The notes beneath the pieces were generated by a model. It was not told the origin of the DNA. It did no database searches and saw nothing but the letters and a program-made list of their open reading frames with translations. Shown here one piece after another: positions 1-11,410 of a stretch of DNA of 35,549 nt (position 1 is its first letter; each line of letters begins with the position of its first letter). This DNA is from Macrostomum lignano (Eukaryota). Location of the stretch: NCBI GenBank assembly GCA_002269645.1, contig NIVC01003783.1:1-35549 (forward strand), written 5' to 3'. The translations under genes and the position numbers were made by a program.

Positions 1-1011
1 AAAGCACTGACTGCGACAAATGGCTGCTGTATTACCCTTATACACACCCTCACAACTCTTTGGATGCATTTAGAATGGGATGTAAAAACGCCTCCCGTTT
101 TACACGAGGTGAAGCCATTTGTTAAGTGCCTCGCTTTGCCAAGACACCGACGAATTAACTATTATACCGCCTAGTCAATCCGTATGGTTGTGAGGTGAAA
201 TTTCGCACACCTTAACATCCTGCGTACCACCCCAAGACTGCAGCTGTAAATATCAAAATAATGTAATGTGATTTCTTACACCTAAAATTTTAGTGTATTC
301 AATCATAAGACGGACACTAAAAGTTTTCAAGTTTTGTGTATAGCCACCCCTAAGACTTCACTTTAAATTTGAGCAACGCCCATAAGAACTTATTATTTTT
401 TTAACTTAGACTCTTATTGCTAGTTCTTAACTTTTTACAATTTCCGTCTGCTGTACAGGCGACCGCTAACAGTCCGGCTACTTCACATTCTGTTTAATAA
501 AATATCTCTATTTTATTAGCCAGGACTATAAGGACGGGACTGTGGAGTTGTAATCTGCAATTTAATGTGGTTTAACAATGGGGGGCACGTAAACGATGCG
601 AAGTAAAATATTTTAAGTCACTGTCAAAATCGATAGGCTGTTTTTCAAAATTTAGCTGTTAATTTGGCGAAGGGTTGAAAATAATCATTTAATCTGAAGT
701 AGGGTGTATACATTTTGACTATAGTACTCGTAGTAGCTAACTTAGCGTTTAGTTTTCCCAACCAATCACAAAATTCCCCGCTTAAATTTGTTTAAATATC
801 TAATTTTTGTTTGAATTTTTCTTTGTTTAAAATCTTACCTTTTGTTTGAATGCTGCCCCCTTCCCCAAAAAATAGTATAAAAGGAGGCAAGTTGGCCCGA
901 AATAAAAAGTAACCTGCTTAACCGTTCTTTATCGTCGGGAAACTCTTAGTAAAACAAGCTTGAAGTTTGGTTAAGACTTTTCTCGTCATTTCTTTCTAAA
1001 TAGGAGAACTC

Positions 1012-1215
1012 GAGAACTCGAGGTCGTGGAGACCCAGAGCTAGGAGTCTGAATAGGGAGAACTCGAGGTCGTGGAGACCCAGAACTAGGAATCTGAATAG
1101 GGAAAACCTGAGGTCGTGGAGACCCAGAGCTAGGAATCTGAATAGGGAGAACTTGAGGTCGTGGAGACCTAGAGTTAGGAGTCTGAATAAGGAGAACTCG
1201 AGGTCATGCAGACCC
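1012..1215 (+). repeat. 45-bp tandem repeat, about 4.5 copies, inside LTR-A
   Basis: Unit GAGAACTCGAGGTCGTGGAGACCCAGAGCTAGGAGTCTGAATAGG starts at 1012, 1057, 1102, 1147 and 1192 (exact 45-bp period). Confidence 0.95.
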
Positions 1216-1339
1216 TAAGAAAGCCGTACAGGCTAGCAATAGACATTAACGCTAGGTATTAGGGGATTAGATAGTTACCGCTGGACACCCTTGATCCTCG
1301 GAAAACGCCAGAATTTCGGACATAATTAGGGAATTAGGC

Positions 1340-1361
1340 AGTGTCTTACCGCTCGGGCACT
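1340..1361 (+). other. Conserved stem-loop motif (copy 1, LTR-A)
   Basis: AGTGTCTTACCGCTCGGGCACT; near-identical to 2903-2924 and 9697-9718. Confidence 0.8.
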
Positions 1362-1512
1362 AAACGCTATCACGAGGCTATTAAGAAAACCGCGTGAATT
1401 AGATATTTCTAAGAAAGTAGCACAGTCTGAGGCAGCCAACGCTACTAAAAGTAGGCAGCTTGGTAACAAATCGGTGAAATTTTAGTTATGAACGATTAAG
1501 ACTGGTACAAAC

Positions 1513-1529
1513 TGGTGGCATAGTGGAAT
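1513..1529 (+). promoter_or_regulatory. Degenerate primer-binding site (tRNA-Leu-like)
   Basis: TGGTGGCATAGTGGAAT, 3 nt after the LTR-terminal CA; resembles TGGTGGCAGCGGTGGGAT. Confidence 0.6.
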
Positions 1530-2349
1530 AGCTAACAGAGGGACATAACCGCTAGTACAAATCGTAAACTTAAGACAGGTAAATCAGACCGTTCGTTGTA
1601 AGACTTCGGTGTGGTCATTCACATTTCTTAAAATCTACAAGCGTATGTAATCAGTTTTGTATTCTATTAGTTTATGGGTTGATTAAATGAAGAATTAACT
1701 GCAGGATTTATTACTAATTATTTCATTTTTTACTTGCTCAGAAGTAAAGTATGCTAAAATTTCCCTTTGTCTCCACAAACCTTGTTTTCTTTCGTTTCCT
1801 CTTCGCTGTTTGGCTCTGTAAAGATGTTATTAGTATATTTAATTCGATCACCAATATATCGGCCTTTGTTACGAGCTATATTTAAAGTCTTGCTCGTAAA
1901 TGCCACTATTTTTTCAGAATACATTTATCGTCTCGTAGTGCACACTTTTGATTTAATTGACATTACCATATAATTACATATACCAATTAAAATTGCGATA
2001 TCCTTTGAACTGATTTTTTGAAATAGTACTGAAAGTATTCTTAGCCAAATAATAATTAAGTACTGGTAATTGTTTTGTACAGTAGTTAGAATTTTAGTAG
2101 CATTCATACTAAGCCTTAACTTAATGATTGCCTTATCATAATGGCCTGAAAAAAAGCAATATATTGTTCGTTAAATAAATCGCACAAATTACGTATCCTC
2201 TACTCATAAATTCAATTCAATTTTATTCTTTATTAAAGTTGCTTAAATATATTGCCTTGCCTTACTATACTTATATTATACAAATTATTGCCTAAATTTT
2301 GTTAACAATTGTCTGCCATATTTATTAAAAACACTATAAATGCGAGCAA

Positions 2350-3076
2350 ATATACGATGAGGAAGAGCAACTGCCCTGTTCTAGCAATTGCTATTAGGCC
2401 TCAGCGCCGATCAGTCTAAAATAGCAACTGAGTCAGCCTTGTTCATTTAGAGACGTGCAGTCTCCTCCCTCTCTCTCCCTTTCCCTCTCCTAAGAATGTA
2501 CAGTTCCTCCCTTCCCCCAGGCGACTTGTTCGTACCTTCCCTCCCCCAGCTGAACAGGCGTGCTGCCTTCCCCTTATCCCCAGACCTATCTAACCTGGTG
2601 TTCTGTCAACTCCTCCATCCAGACTCACTGTCTGCCCAGGTCTTTTCCTATTCCTAAATCCTCCCTTAATATTAGGCCTCCCGCCTTCCTACCCCATTAA
2701 GCTCCTTGCCTATTTAACCCTTTCCCAACTATTAGGCTCCCTGCCCCCTTATCCAATTCCCTATTAAGCGCCCTACCCTCTTGACAGCATTCCCTATTAG
2801 TTATTAAAATTTCCCATTAGTTTTCCGTTTCTCCAGGCAACTCTGATCCACCGTGCAGCCCTTCTTCCCCTTCCCCCGGACTGACTTTAGCCACAATTAG
2901 ACAGTGTCTTGCCGCTCGGACACTCAGGTTACCAGGAGTATCCTCAGGCTTACTCCTTAAAGTAGGACTATTTGAACATTTCTCCCCAAATCCCAAGAAA
3001 TCCCTAAATTCCCGAGTAAGGTTGATCCACTAGACCCAATTAACCCCACAACGAAATCAGCAGAACCCACGTGACA
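2350..3076 (+). mobile_element. LTR-C, diverged relative of LTR-A/B (left boundary approximate)
   Basis: Pyrimidine-rich U3-like region, TATTTAA (~2711), shared hairpin at 2903-2924, ends ...GTGACA followed by AAT and TGGTGACTAAGCGG (PBS-like, 3080). Confidence 0.55.
2903..2924 (+). other. Conserved stem-loop motif (copy 2, LTR-C)
   Basis: AGTGTCTTGCCGCTCGGACACT; AGTGTC/GACACT is a perfect stem, so the G>A variant keeps pairing. Confidence 0.8.
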
Positions 3077-3593
3077 AATTGGTGACTAAGCGGTAGAACT
3101 AAGCGGTGACTAAGTTTAAGGATTGTAGCAACCTGAAGATTATTGTTGTCGGTAGGAACTCTGCTGCGCACAATTTGGTTGTATATGCTGGATTTGAAAG
3201 AGTCAATAGTGGAGACCACTCATCTGCAGAGGCGCCGCTACAGAGCGACAAATAGCGACTAGTTTTCTTATGTCGCTCTTGGCAGTTTAACGGGCGGAAA
3301 ATGGCTTTGTATTCCTACAGTTAATTACTGTAATTTATCATCATACACAATATGAATACCGTACGGACAATACTAACTATAGAATTAGCTTTACTGTACC
3401 TAAAGTTTCTAGAAATTTCCAGAAAGCCAAAATAAAGTATACATATACAGTAGCTAGGTCAGCATTTTCTCCAAGCCTCTCCTACACTCCAAGCAACTCA
3501 AGTGCCAACACAAGAAACAAATCGAAGGCGAACCATCGCCTGGCTCTTATTCATTTCACACGAAACCCTCTACAACTGCGCCGGTGAGTCGTC

Positions 3594-4877
3594 ATGACCG
3601 AAGAAAGCGTTCCGCAGCTACAGCAGCATTCCGCAGCAGTAGCCCAAAACAACCAGGCTCCGGTACCCAACCCCGCTGGGCAGCAAAGTCCCGCCGACGT
3701 GTCAGTCAAAGTCCCGCCGCTGTACCTGAGCAATTCGGAAGCTTGGTTCCCGACCCTCGAGTCGCAATTTCACCTAGCGCGTATAACATCGGATGAGACC
3801 AGGTACCACTACTTGGTTGCCCACCTGCCGGAGGACATCTCGTCGATGCAGATCACGAAATCAACGCATCGACAGTACGAACCGCTGAAAGCAGCCATCA
3901 CCAACCTGCTGCAAGAGTCAACAGGAGAAGATCAACGAGATCCTGGACACATCCGATCTGAGTGGCGACAAGCCCTCGATCTTCGTCAAGAAGCTAAGCG
4001 CAAAGATGGCTCAGTGCGGCATGGGCTCCTGCTCCGACATGCTGAAAGCGACTCTTATCCGCTGCCTGCCGAGCGAGCTACTTGTTGTACTATTAGGTTT
4101 CCAGACTGAATCGCTAGAGAAACTCGCTGAAATCGCTGACTTCATGGTCAGCTACCAGAGCTAGGCGAGCACAGTCAGCGCTGTTCAGCCGACGTGTCGC
4201 AACGACGACAGCTTTAACCACAGACCAGCATCACCCCGTTCAAGCCGGGGCAACGTCGAGTTGTCTGTCGTGAGCACATCTACTACGGCGAACGAACCTG
4301 CCGACCGTGTTGTCGTTTCCCGTCCACCTTGGGTGGTAGGCGGCCGCGACTCCTGGGTAATCATGAAAAGACACCCGTGCAGACCAGGTCAGCCTCTCCG
4401 ACACGTCATTCGTCAAACTAGAGGGCACTGCCCAACCCGCCGCAGTGAGCAGTGCAACATCTCCGGCGGCGAGCAAGAAATTCCTGGTGGTCGATATTAA
4501 GATCGATAGCAAGTGATAACCTTTCCTGGTCGATACCGGCGCAGCAGTGTCGATAATTCCGCAGAAGTAACTCCACAGGGACCTCCAGGAGACCGGGTTT
4601 TGTCTGACCACCGCCACCGGTGCATCGATCCGGTGGCGATGGTCGGCGGCACGAGCATTATAAGAAACTAATCGGGCAGCTTAAGGGCTACCTATTACGG
4701 TTAGCCAGGCTCCAGCTGGACGGCAGAGGATTCATTCCCCAGGCCTGCGAGCCCAAAAAAGCAATCCGGACATTGAAACGAGAATTCAAATTTGAACAAA
4801 GCATCGCTACCTGGCGTCGAGTGGTGTAGTACGCCCTTCAGAACATCCACCAATCCGGCGGGGCGTATCAGCAAATG
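3594..4877 (+). pseudogene. gag: Ty3/Gypsy remnant: gag (frameshifted), aspartic protease and short degenerate pol fragment
   Basis: VKVPPLYLSNSEAWFPTLESQFHLARITSDETRYHYLVAHLP matches a common Gypsy gag N-terminal motif; continues by frameshift (KINEILDTSDLSGDKPS...); protease FLVDTGAAVSIIP at ~4524-4562; no RT visible. Cut at 4877 by a DNA transposon; GC-rich sequence resumes at 8822-~8900. Confidence 0.8.
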
Positions 4878-6747
4878 CCCGCTTGGCAAGTTCACGTAAG
4901 GCGAACGTAACATTTTGGTAAATATTTTTACGAACATTTTACGAAGCAAATTGGGGGGTTTACTTACCTAAAATGAAAAATCATGGGAAGGGATAAACCA
5001 GAAAGTATACATTGTTTTTGACATGTATGTGGTTGATGCTCTAACCATTAATAAAATTTTGGTAATTTTGTTACGTACCATTTACGGAACTAGTTTCCAC
5101 AATTAAACGTAAACTTTCGAAAAAAAATAACGAATTACTATTTATCACGGACTTTCATTTAAAAATGCTTTTAAAATACTTACATGTTGCCTAAAGGCAC
5201 CGGAATTTATTTTATTAGTCACAATATCAGTGTCATGGATGGTATTTTTTTGAGAAAAGCAAAACGTAAAAAATTCGTACTTTCTTTACTTAAAAAATCG
5301 TACTTTTTGTTCAGATATTTTACGTTATTAATTTTTAATATATACAGAATGTACTTAAATTGAATCATTGATATTTAAATGGGTTGAATTGGTCTTTTGT
5401 AGAAACACCAGGACTTAATCGAGGAATGACACGTCTTTTTATATGCTATTAAATAAGTTAAGGCTGCCGAAAAATGTTAAACATGGTCGGATAAAAAGTA
5501 AAGCCTCGGTAGTTAAAAAAATTAAGCATAATAAGCAACGTAATTTTGTATCAAATATTATATATTTTATGTCTTTTAAAAAAGAATTTAAATAATGACA
5601 TTAATGCGCAATACTTAATCTTCTTATTTGAAGTTTTATCTAAGCAAAAAATTGGTCTAGAAACTTTTGTTATAGCATGTGTTCCGTGTTCCTCATGTTA
5701 ATTTAAATTTTCAGCTGCGACCACCTCCTTAACTGACTCAACTGTTTTGGGTGTTTTATTAGGTTTGACAGTGTTCTACCTAGCTAAGCTAGGTTTTATC
5801 TTTGCTTATCTTTTCATGGCCTAGCTAGGTAGATTCAGCTGGATTCAGCTAGCTATAAAAGTTGTGGCTATTGCCTATTCATTGTAGCCTTTTGATTTGT
5901 AAGCTTAAATTAAAAGTTGATACTTAGGCCTAGCCTATTTAGGCCCTAGTAATTATTGTTATTTAGCCTCAAGATTAGGATTGTTAGATAGTAGGCCTAA
6001 TTGCCTATGAATCATGGTAGCTAAAGGAAATGTGCCTAAAAAGTTGCTTATTAAAATTTGTAGGCCTATCATATTAGTTAGTCAGTTTGTATTGCAATTA
6101 TTTTCTAAATAGTTTAGTAGTTAGCTTAGTCTAGACAATAGACATCTTGACATGATTTGACCATATTGACCTATTGAATCTATTGATTAGCTAGATTTAG
6201 TCTAATTAGATAAGCAAATAGTCACCTGACTAGGACTTAGTAGGTCCTAATCCATAAAATATATATTGAGCTGTTATCTAGAGTATTCCAAGTGTACTAC
6301 ATTGTACACTATTACTATTATACTTTAACTTAACCTAATATTGTATTTAATGCCTAGGTGGAGGTATGTAGGGGCCTAATTGCTTTTAGTGTTACCTAAA
6401 TCTTTTTGTGCTAGTTGCTAAGCAAGGCTCTTTTATCTAGAGGACTCTATTTTGTTGCTTTAATAAAACACAAAAAGAACCTATTTTTTCAAAGAATCAA
6501 AGGGGACCAAATGCTTGCTTTCTTATATAAATATAGCTAAAGAGTCAAATAAGTAAATGCAAATTATGTGGGGCTAGCCTAGTTAAGTGCAGTTTAGGCT
6601 TAATTTTACATTAATAGTGAAGCAACTTATTTATACTATAGAGTAGTTGAATACAAATTAAGTAGCCTTTGTATATTAAGACCTTGGTATATTATTTCAT
6701 TCTTCAATAATTTATTAATTTCATTAATGGATTTCAATATATTGAGC

Positions 6748-6881
6748 TTGTCTTGCCTCTAGTTTTGGTATTATTATGGCCATGGACTAGCTAAGGATAT
6801 ATATAGTTAAAAAAATCGGATATACATATATCCTTAGCTAGTCCCATGGCCATAATAATACCAAAACTAGAGGCAAGACAA
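6748..6881. repeat. Long near-perfect inverted repeat (~55-bp arms, ~22-nt spacer)
   Basis: TTGTCTTGCCTCTAGTTTTGGTATTATTATGGCCATGGACTAGCTAAGGATATAT versus its reverse complement at 6826-6881, with one 1-nt indel. Confidence 0.95.
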
Positions 6882-7625
6882 ATATATATATTTCACTTTA
6901 AGGGACATCTAATAAATTTCCAACATTGATGGTCCCTTATCTAAACAAGGGGGGTTTGGGGATTAGGTCCCTTAGTGTAGTCCCTTAGGTTTTCTCTAGT
7001 CCCCTAAACCAAAAGAATGCCAATGCTAACTAATAAAAAACCCTTGGCTTCAATATTGCTTAGTTGTAATCAGTTGGCTAATAAACTAGCAAGAATAAAA
7101 GTATAACTTGCAATTACAATCTATGCTATTAAGTATTATATTATCCCTATATATAAATAAGAATATAAAATTCATTGTAAATTTTTCTATAGGTCTATAG
7201 TATATAGTATAAAATTGTAGTAAAATGTTATATTTTTGATAAACTTCTTGCCAATTGTCATAGTCTTTAAGTTCTTAAGTTAAACTATATCAAGACTAAA
7301 TATTTAGTTAAAATAATTTGATATATATATTTTATTATATATTATATATATACAACATATTGTCATATATGTTTATAGTATTTTTTATATTTGTATAAAT
7401 TAACTTTTTCATCCCAAATTCATTTTCTAATTTTTAAGATCAAATAGTTTGCAATTTTTGGATATTTATGTGCTTCTAGGCTTGGTTACAATTTGAAAGT
7501 TAAAGTTTTATAAAGTTATTTAAGACTTTTGTATTAATATCAAGCTAAGTAATACTTAATATACCTAAGTACCTAAGTAATACTAAATATATACATAATA
7601 TATATTGCATTTTATCAATTTGCAG

Positions 7626-8156
7626 CTACGCAGTCATGGAAATGGATGATGATCCTGAGGAATGGCATATATCAGACTCCTCAATATCGAATTGTCAATT
7701 TATGACACAAACAACAGACAAAGCTGCAGGCAAGCCACCTTTTTTAGCAGTTCACCATCATCACCCAGTGGTTTTTTATCAGATACATCGAGCAGCAATT
7801 TAGATCATGAGCATGAAGCTAAAAACCATGAATCATCACTGGACTCAGATGCCAGTTCATGTCCAAGTTCCTTGCCACTACCAGTTCAGAACAACAATTA
7901 CAACCAAAGTGCAGAGCAAGCTTTGGCAGATAGCTTGTCATCTACTTCTGGAGGCGACTTCATGGCCATGGGCCAACATTGGCAATACTCCTCATCAGAG
8001 AGCATTTATGGTTTCTCTTCAGATTCTGAAGCTGATGCTGTATTCCAAGCTGCCTCATTAGAGGCAGATCTGGTAGAGTACTGGAGAAATTCAAAAATCA
8101 CAATGATGATTTTGCTGAAAATAGTAGTTTACAATTGTAACTTTGTAAGTAAATGA
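7626..8156 (+). pseudogene. Ser/Asp-rich coding-like exon remnant inside transposon #1, product unknown
   Basis: Preceded by acceptor-like TTTTATCAATTTGCAG; higher GC than flanks; low-complexity acidic/serine translation (SSSESIYGFSSDSEADAVF); possible frameshift at a T-run ~7740. Confidence 0.35.
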
Positions 8157-9213
8157 TCCTGTTTTCAAATAATTCTCAATTTAAATAGTTCAGAAATAAA
8201 TATAGCGTTTTCTAAATAAATAAAGCAATATAATTTTGTACCAAATAATCATGAGATAAGCAGTCTAAAAAATCTTGAAAGTCTAAAATCTCGAAAATAG
8301 CTATATCAGGTCGTTGTCAATGCTTTGTCTTACTTATTTATTTTTGTCGCATTTCTATCAAGGGAAAAAGTGGGAATAAAAAGCTCCGTGACGCGACACC
8401 TCTGGGCGGGTCCTAAATGTGACGCTGGGGCGACCCGCCGAACGCGAACTATAAAAAATAGCACGGAGCACGCGATGATGCACGAATTTCTTAAGGGGGC
8501 CCTCTTAGCACTCGATATTGCATATAATTAAAGTAGAAAAAACTTTTTGCTGTGACGGTACGGGACGCCAGGGCGAACCAGTCCCAGTGATTGATGGCCC
8601 ACCGGCTGTAACCCAGGACGGAACAGGGTTCATAGGGTTTATATGTAAATTTACGAAAATAGTTTGACGTATAAATGGTACGTAAAAGTTACCAAAAACG
8701 ATTCGTAACATTCACGTGAAAAATGATGAATATGGTACGTAAACATACGTATCATATTGGCAAAATAGGTAAAAAAAATTTCGTATTTTTTTCGTAACTT
8801 TACGCAAAATTGTCATGCGGGATGCAATTGCGCCACGAGGTTTGCTGGATGGCGGCAGACCTCGGCTGCCCTGTGGAAGCCAGCCTCCCAACGGAATTTG
8901 CAATGAATTAGGTAATCATAATTAACAATACATTGCATTTTGCTAATCTAGGAAAGTACAATATATTTTGCCGTATCTAGCTGTCTGTACTAAAACTTTA
9001 ATACCTATTTTGCTACTATGAACAATTGCTCTTTTAATTATGCTTGCCTCATTATAATATACTCACATGCTTAATATTGGTGCTCTCCTAATAATCTCAT
9101 GCTTATCTCATTATAATATGGATATAGTCTTTATCCACCTTCACTTGTTAATACATTGCTCCTGCTTAATCCTCTACCTTAATATTTAATGGCTCATAGC
9201 TCACAGTTGCTCC

Positions 9214-9297
9214 TACAATTACATGAGTGTAATTGTACAGGTTAAGTACAATTACACTTAAACGGGCCCACCAGATAAAGTGGGCCCGTTTAACCTG
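9214..9297. repeat. Cluster of short inverted repeats
   Basis: TACAATTACA/TGTAATTGTA (9214-9237) and perfect 14-bp TTAAACGGGCCCAC/GTGGGCCCGTTTAA (9258-9293), framed by CAGGTTAA...TTAACCTG. Confidence 0.85.
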
Positions 9298-9307
9298 GTT
9301 ATATTAC

Positions 9308-9900
9308 TGTTGGTAGCTGATTTAGCATTTTAATTCACAGCCAATCAGGTAATTTCTTGCTATTTTTGTTTTAATCCTACATTCTTTGTCAAATTCTCCC
9401 GTATTTGTTATAATAAGCTCCGGCCAAGTAAATCGCACTTCCCCCCTTCCGAAGTACTATAAATACGACTGACTCGAAGCAAAATATAATCACATTTCTT
9501 CCTTCTTGCGACCTGCGCTTTACTCGCAGTCTGAAACTCGTTGAAGTCCAAAATATAGGAATATCTAGAAGCCGTATAGGCCAAGATCAGTAAAGCATTA
9601 GGCAATAAGCGTTAAATATTAGGTATAATTAGGTTAGAAGCTAACGCTGGAAATCCTTGATCCCTGGAAAAAGCTCGGACTTAGCTTAATTTAGACAATG
9701 TCTTACCGCTCGGGCACTCACAGCTACCACGAGATTTCCAAGAAATCGGGTGAATTAGGATATTTTCTTAAAAAGTAGAAACGAGCACTAGAACAACTCG
9801 GTAACAAACAAAGAAATTTTAGCGAGACAGAAGTTAACCCGGCTAAAACTTAATGGCGCAGTAAGATTTTATAGACGGTAGAAGTAAGAAAACTACCACA
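9308..9900 (+). mobile_element. LTR-B (593 bp)
   Basis: Starts TGTTGGTAG, ends CTACCACA (short terminal inverted repeat); CCAAT (~9341), TATAAATA (~9458); homologous blocks to LTR-A; immediately followed by a PBS. Confidence 0.8.
9697..9718 (+). other. Conserved stem-loop motif (copy 3, LTR-B)
   Basis: AATGTCTTACCGCTCGGGCACT. Confidence 0.8.
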
Positions 9901-9903
9901 ACT

Positions 9904-9921
9904 TGGCGACACTAGTGGGAT
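9904..9921 (+). promoter_or_regulatory. Primer-binding site, tRNA-Ser(GCT)-like geometry
   Basis: TGGCGACACTAGTGGGAT is the complement of ATCCCAC-TAGTGTC-G-CCA (T-stem, 7-nt acceptor strand, G discriminator, CCA). Confidence 0.7.
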
Positions 9922-10109
9922 AGATCAACTAGGAGCAAGTAGACCTACAATATAATGTCTTATATGTTAGGCCTATTGTCTTATTATCTTACTGTTGTTT
10001 AGCAATAGACTTTAAAAGCCATATAGATTAGCTATAAAAAGAAATATAGATCAGCTATTAAAAGGAATATGAGTTGTAGTCTTGTCTTTTCGAGTTTTCA
10101 TGGTTATAG

Positions 10110-11013
10110 AACTGATGTGGCCGCAGCCTTCTGCTGCAAGCATAGGGCCGCAGTCACATCTTAGGCACCTCTGTGGTGACCTAGATCGACTGCGGAAATA
10201 CTTTGACAGAAGCACAGCAGAGCGTCTTCAGGATGAAGTGATTTTTGTGTTACTCTATACGTTGGGTGAACGCGGCCAAGAGCACCTGAAGTTTCTCAAG
10301 AAGAAGGGTAATTTGTAGGAGTTGACGCTGATGGCGAAGCATATCTTGGCCTGACGGATCTGCCAACGAAGAATCAATCGACTGAACCGACACGTGCTAA
10401 GAACAATATTACAAAGCAAGCTCGTCTCTATGGACAGCAGCGAGAGCTTGTAGTCTACTACTACGGCCTTCTACCGGAGAGCACAAAGGATTCATCCTTC
10501 TTTCCACGACCATTGACCAATGATGGAAGCGGTAACCTTCGGTATTCGGCCAATCAATTTCGAGGCATTAACTGGTTAGCCAACTTCATGCGTCATGTGT
10601 GCCAAGTCTGCCATTAGTCCAAAGCGTATACCAACCATTGTATTAGAGTAACGCGCATCGCAGATCTGCACGAATGTGGACACAACCTGGACGACATTAT
10701 GACTATTACAGGGCAGAGGGCCAAGTCGACCGTCCGGCGTTACCTGTCTAGAAGGCGTGATCGGTCCATTAAACTAGTTTCGACGTCCATCAGTAAGGCG
10801 CTTGACCGAACGATTGCAACTACATCACATTCTAATCCCGATGTCAATGTTTCAACCGGAGCTTCCGTAGCTGCTGTCGTGGACGTGGGTGATGCTGCTG
10901 ATACATCTGAGATCGTGCAGATGACAACTAAGGACCGTGACGGGAAAACAAGCATTATTCTCAATTTCAACGGCAAATTCGATAATTGCACCTTTCAAAT
11001 CAAGGGGACGTAA
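10110..11013 (+). pseudogene. Crypton-type tyrosine recombinase (DUF3504-like), disrupted
   Basis: KHRAAVTS...DLDRLRKYF...LQDEVIFVLLYTLGERGQEHL (catalytic R region) and YTNHCIRVTRIADL...IMTITGQRAKSTVRRY (H-x-x-R, H>Q, Y); frameshifts near 10170 and 10310, stop near 10615. Confidence 0.85.
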
Positions 11014-11094
11014 GTCACGGGAAAAGATATGTGATTTGATAAATGCTGATGTGTCATAACAATTAGCTATTGTAATTGCTTTTAATGCTTCACT

Positions 11095-11410
11095 ACACAC
11101 ATTTTAAAGTGCATTCTATGTTTTTTCTATGCTTGGTTTTGTTAAAATGTGTGCTTAAATGCGTATTCTGTTTCTCTGTGCTCAATTTGGTGACATGTGT
11201 GTGTAAAGTGCATTTTCTACGTTTTTCTATGCTCTCAATTTGTTTAAATGTATGTAAAAATGCGTATTCTACGTTTTTCCACGCTCAATTTGTTAACGCA
11301 CAGTTTGTGTTAAAATGCGTATTTAGTTCATCTATGCTTTTTGTTTTGTTCATCCATGTATTTGTTAGCGCATGTGTTAAAATGCGTAGCTTTCCTATGA
11401 TTTTCTATTC
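11095..11410 (+). repeat. Degenerate ~45-60 bp tandem repeats downstream of the recombinase
   Basis: Recurrent AAAATGCGTATT...TTTTTCTATGCTCAATTTGTT-like blocks (~6 copies); explains the spurious Cys/Phe-rich ORF 11076-11414. Confidence 0.7.

Larger units (their letters stand above)
729..1509 (+). mobile_element. LTR-A of an LTR retrotransposon (5' LTR, internal region lost)
   Basis: CCAAT (~762), TATA-like TAGTATAAAAGG (~872), ends in ...GGTACA followed by a PBS-like sequence; aligns by eye with LTR-B at the start (CGTAGTAGCTAACTTAGC vs TGTTGGTAGCTGATTTAGC) and through U5. Left boundary inferred from that alignment. Confidence 0.7.
4878..8821. mobile_element. Non-autonomous CMC/CACTA-like DNA transposon #1 (3944 bp)
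   Basis: Imperfect TIRs CCCGCTTGGCAA / reverse complement of right end CCCGCATGACAA; 3-bp TSD ATG at 4875-4877 and 8822-8824; many short TTACG/CGTAA subterminal motifs at both ends. Confidence 0.85.

Noticed and set aside
179-560. Pogo/Tigger-like MITE suggested by CATAAGACG/CTATAAGG motifs
   Set aside because: No matching pair of TIRs or TSD could be found.
1012-1215. CRISPR-like array, or tandem hammerheads (CTGAATAG...GAAC)
   Set aside because: There are no unique spacers, the context is eukaryotic, and the core lacks CUGANGA/GAAA.
1281-1310. HDV-like ribozyme L3 (TCCTCG)
   Set aside because: No flanking P3 pairing, and the motif is not kept in LTR-B.
1767-2107. Short AT-rich ORFs on both strands
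   Set aside because: No recognisable motifs; consistent with chance ORFs.
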